Shown here in pieces: positions 31,997 to 32,000 of a stretch of DNA of 32,000 nucleotides. The stretch spans positions 210,001 through 242,000 of the forward strand of contig NZ_CP013011.1 in the NCBI RefSeq assembly GCF_001412615.1. Direction: 5' to 3'. Position numbers and translations under genes: made by a program. The first letter of the stretch is position 1. Each line of letters begins with the position of its first letter. The stretch comes from Pyrodictium delaneyi (GTDB lineage: Archaea > Thermoproteota > Thermoprotei_A > Sulfolobales > Pyrodictiaceae). Under the pieces are notes generated by a model. That model ran no database searches. It was not told where the DNA came from and saw only the letters and a list, made by a program, of their open reading frames with translations.

Positions 31997-32000
31997 ACCC

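Noticed and set aside
1-32000. Scan for rRNA, tRNA, CRISPR arrays, transposases/integrases, prophage or defence-island genes
   Set aside because: I saw no regularly spaced direct repeats, no tRNA-like cloverleaf candidates in the spacers, and no recognisable transposase, integrase, Cas, restriction or other defence motifs. This was by-eye inspection only, so small RNAs could have been missed.

Overview
This is an archaeal chromosomal segment. It is GC-rich overall with strong local swings: hand-sampled lines are roughly 40-52% GC in 2.5-5.6 kb and about 70-80% in 8-9.5 kb. Several features suggest a hyperthermophilic crenarchaeon (Desulfurococcales-like); this is inference only. They are the gene content (thiolase/HMG-CoA synthase/DUF35 trio, class I HMG-CoA reductase, HTH_45-type regulator, Dol-P-Man synthase with GtrA-like tail), frequent GTG/TTG starts, GGAGGTG-type SD motifs, TAG stops and AGG/ATA/CTA-rich codon use. 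I support about 29 protein genes. I saw no rRNA, tRNA, CRISPR array, transposase or integrase. Layout: (i) 0.1-11.4 kb is a cell-envelope neighbourhood. It holds an anchored beta-propeller protein, a low-GC sequon-rich surface glycoprotein behind a 616-bp AT-rich leader, a membrane-anchored protein with Cys/His blocks, an anchored alpha/beta hydrolase, and a divergent PMT-like GT-C / Dol-P-Man synthase pair. (ii) 11.5-15.7 kb holds an MBL hydrolase, a membrane-tethered wHTH regulator, a 580-bp stretch that looks like decayed small genes, and an S9 acylaminoacyl-type peptidase. (iii) 15.8-19.9 kb holds the complete upper mevalonate pathway in four SD-coupled genes. (iv) 19.9-27.6 kb is mixed: a Tat-signal nitroreductase, a SAM methyltransferase, a MATE exporter, a membrane protein with HTH_45 regulator, RNase Z and several unknowns. 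(v) 27.9-32.0 kb is the most interesting lead. A DUF1611 (DgcN-like) gene, an APC amino-acid permease carrying a C-terminal minimal nucleotidyltransferase (MNT) domain, and an enolase-superfamily racemase/epimerase together look like a D-glutamate / N-acyl-D-amino-acid salvage module. All family calls come from motif recognition by eye; no searches were run. Many ORF-track starts appear over-extended, and I give preferred starts where an SD-like motif or family N-terminus supports them.
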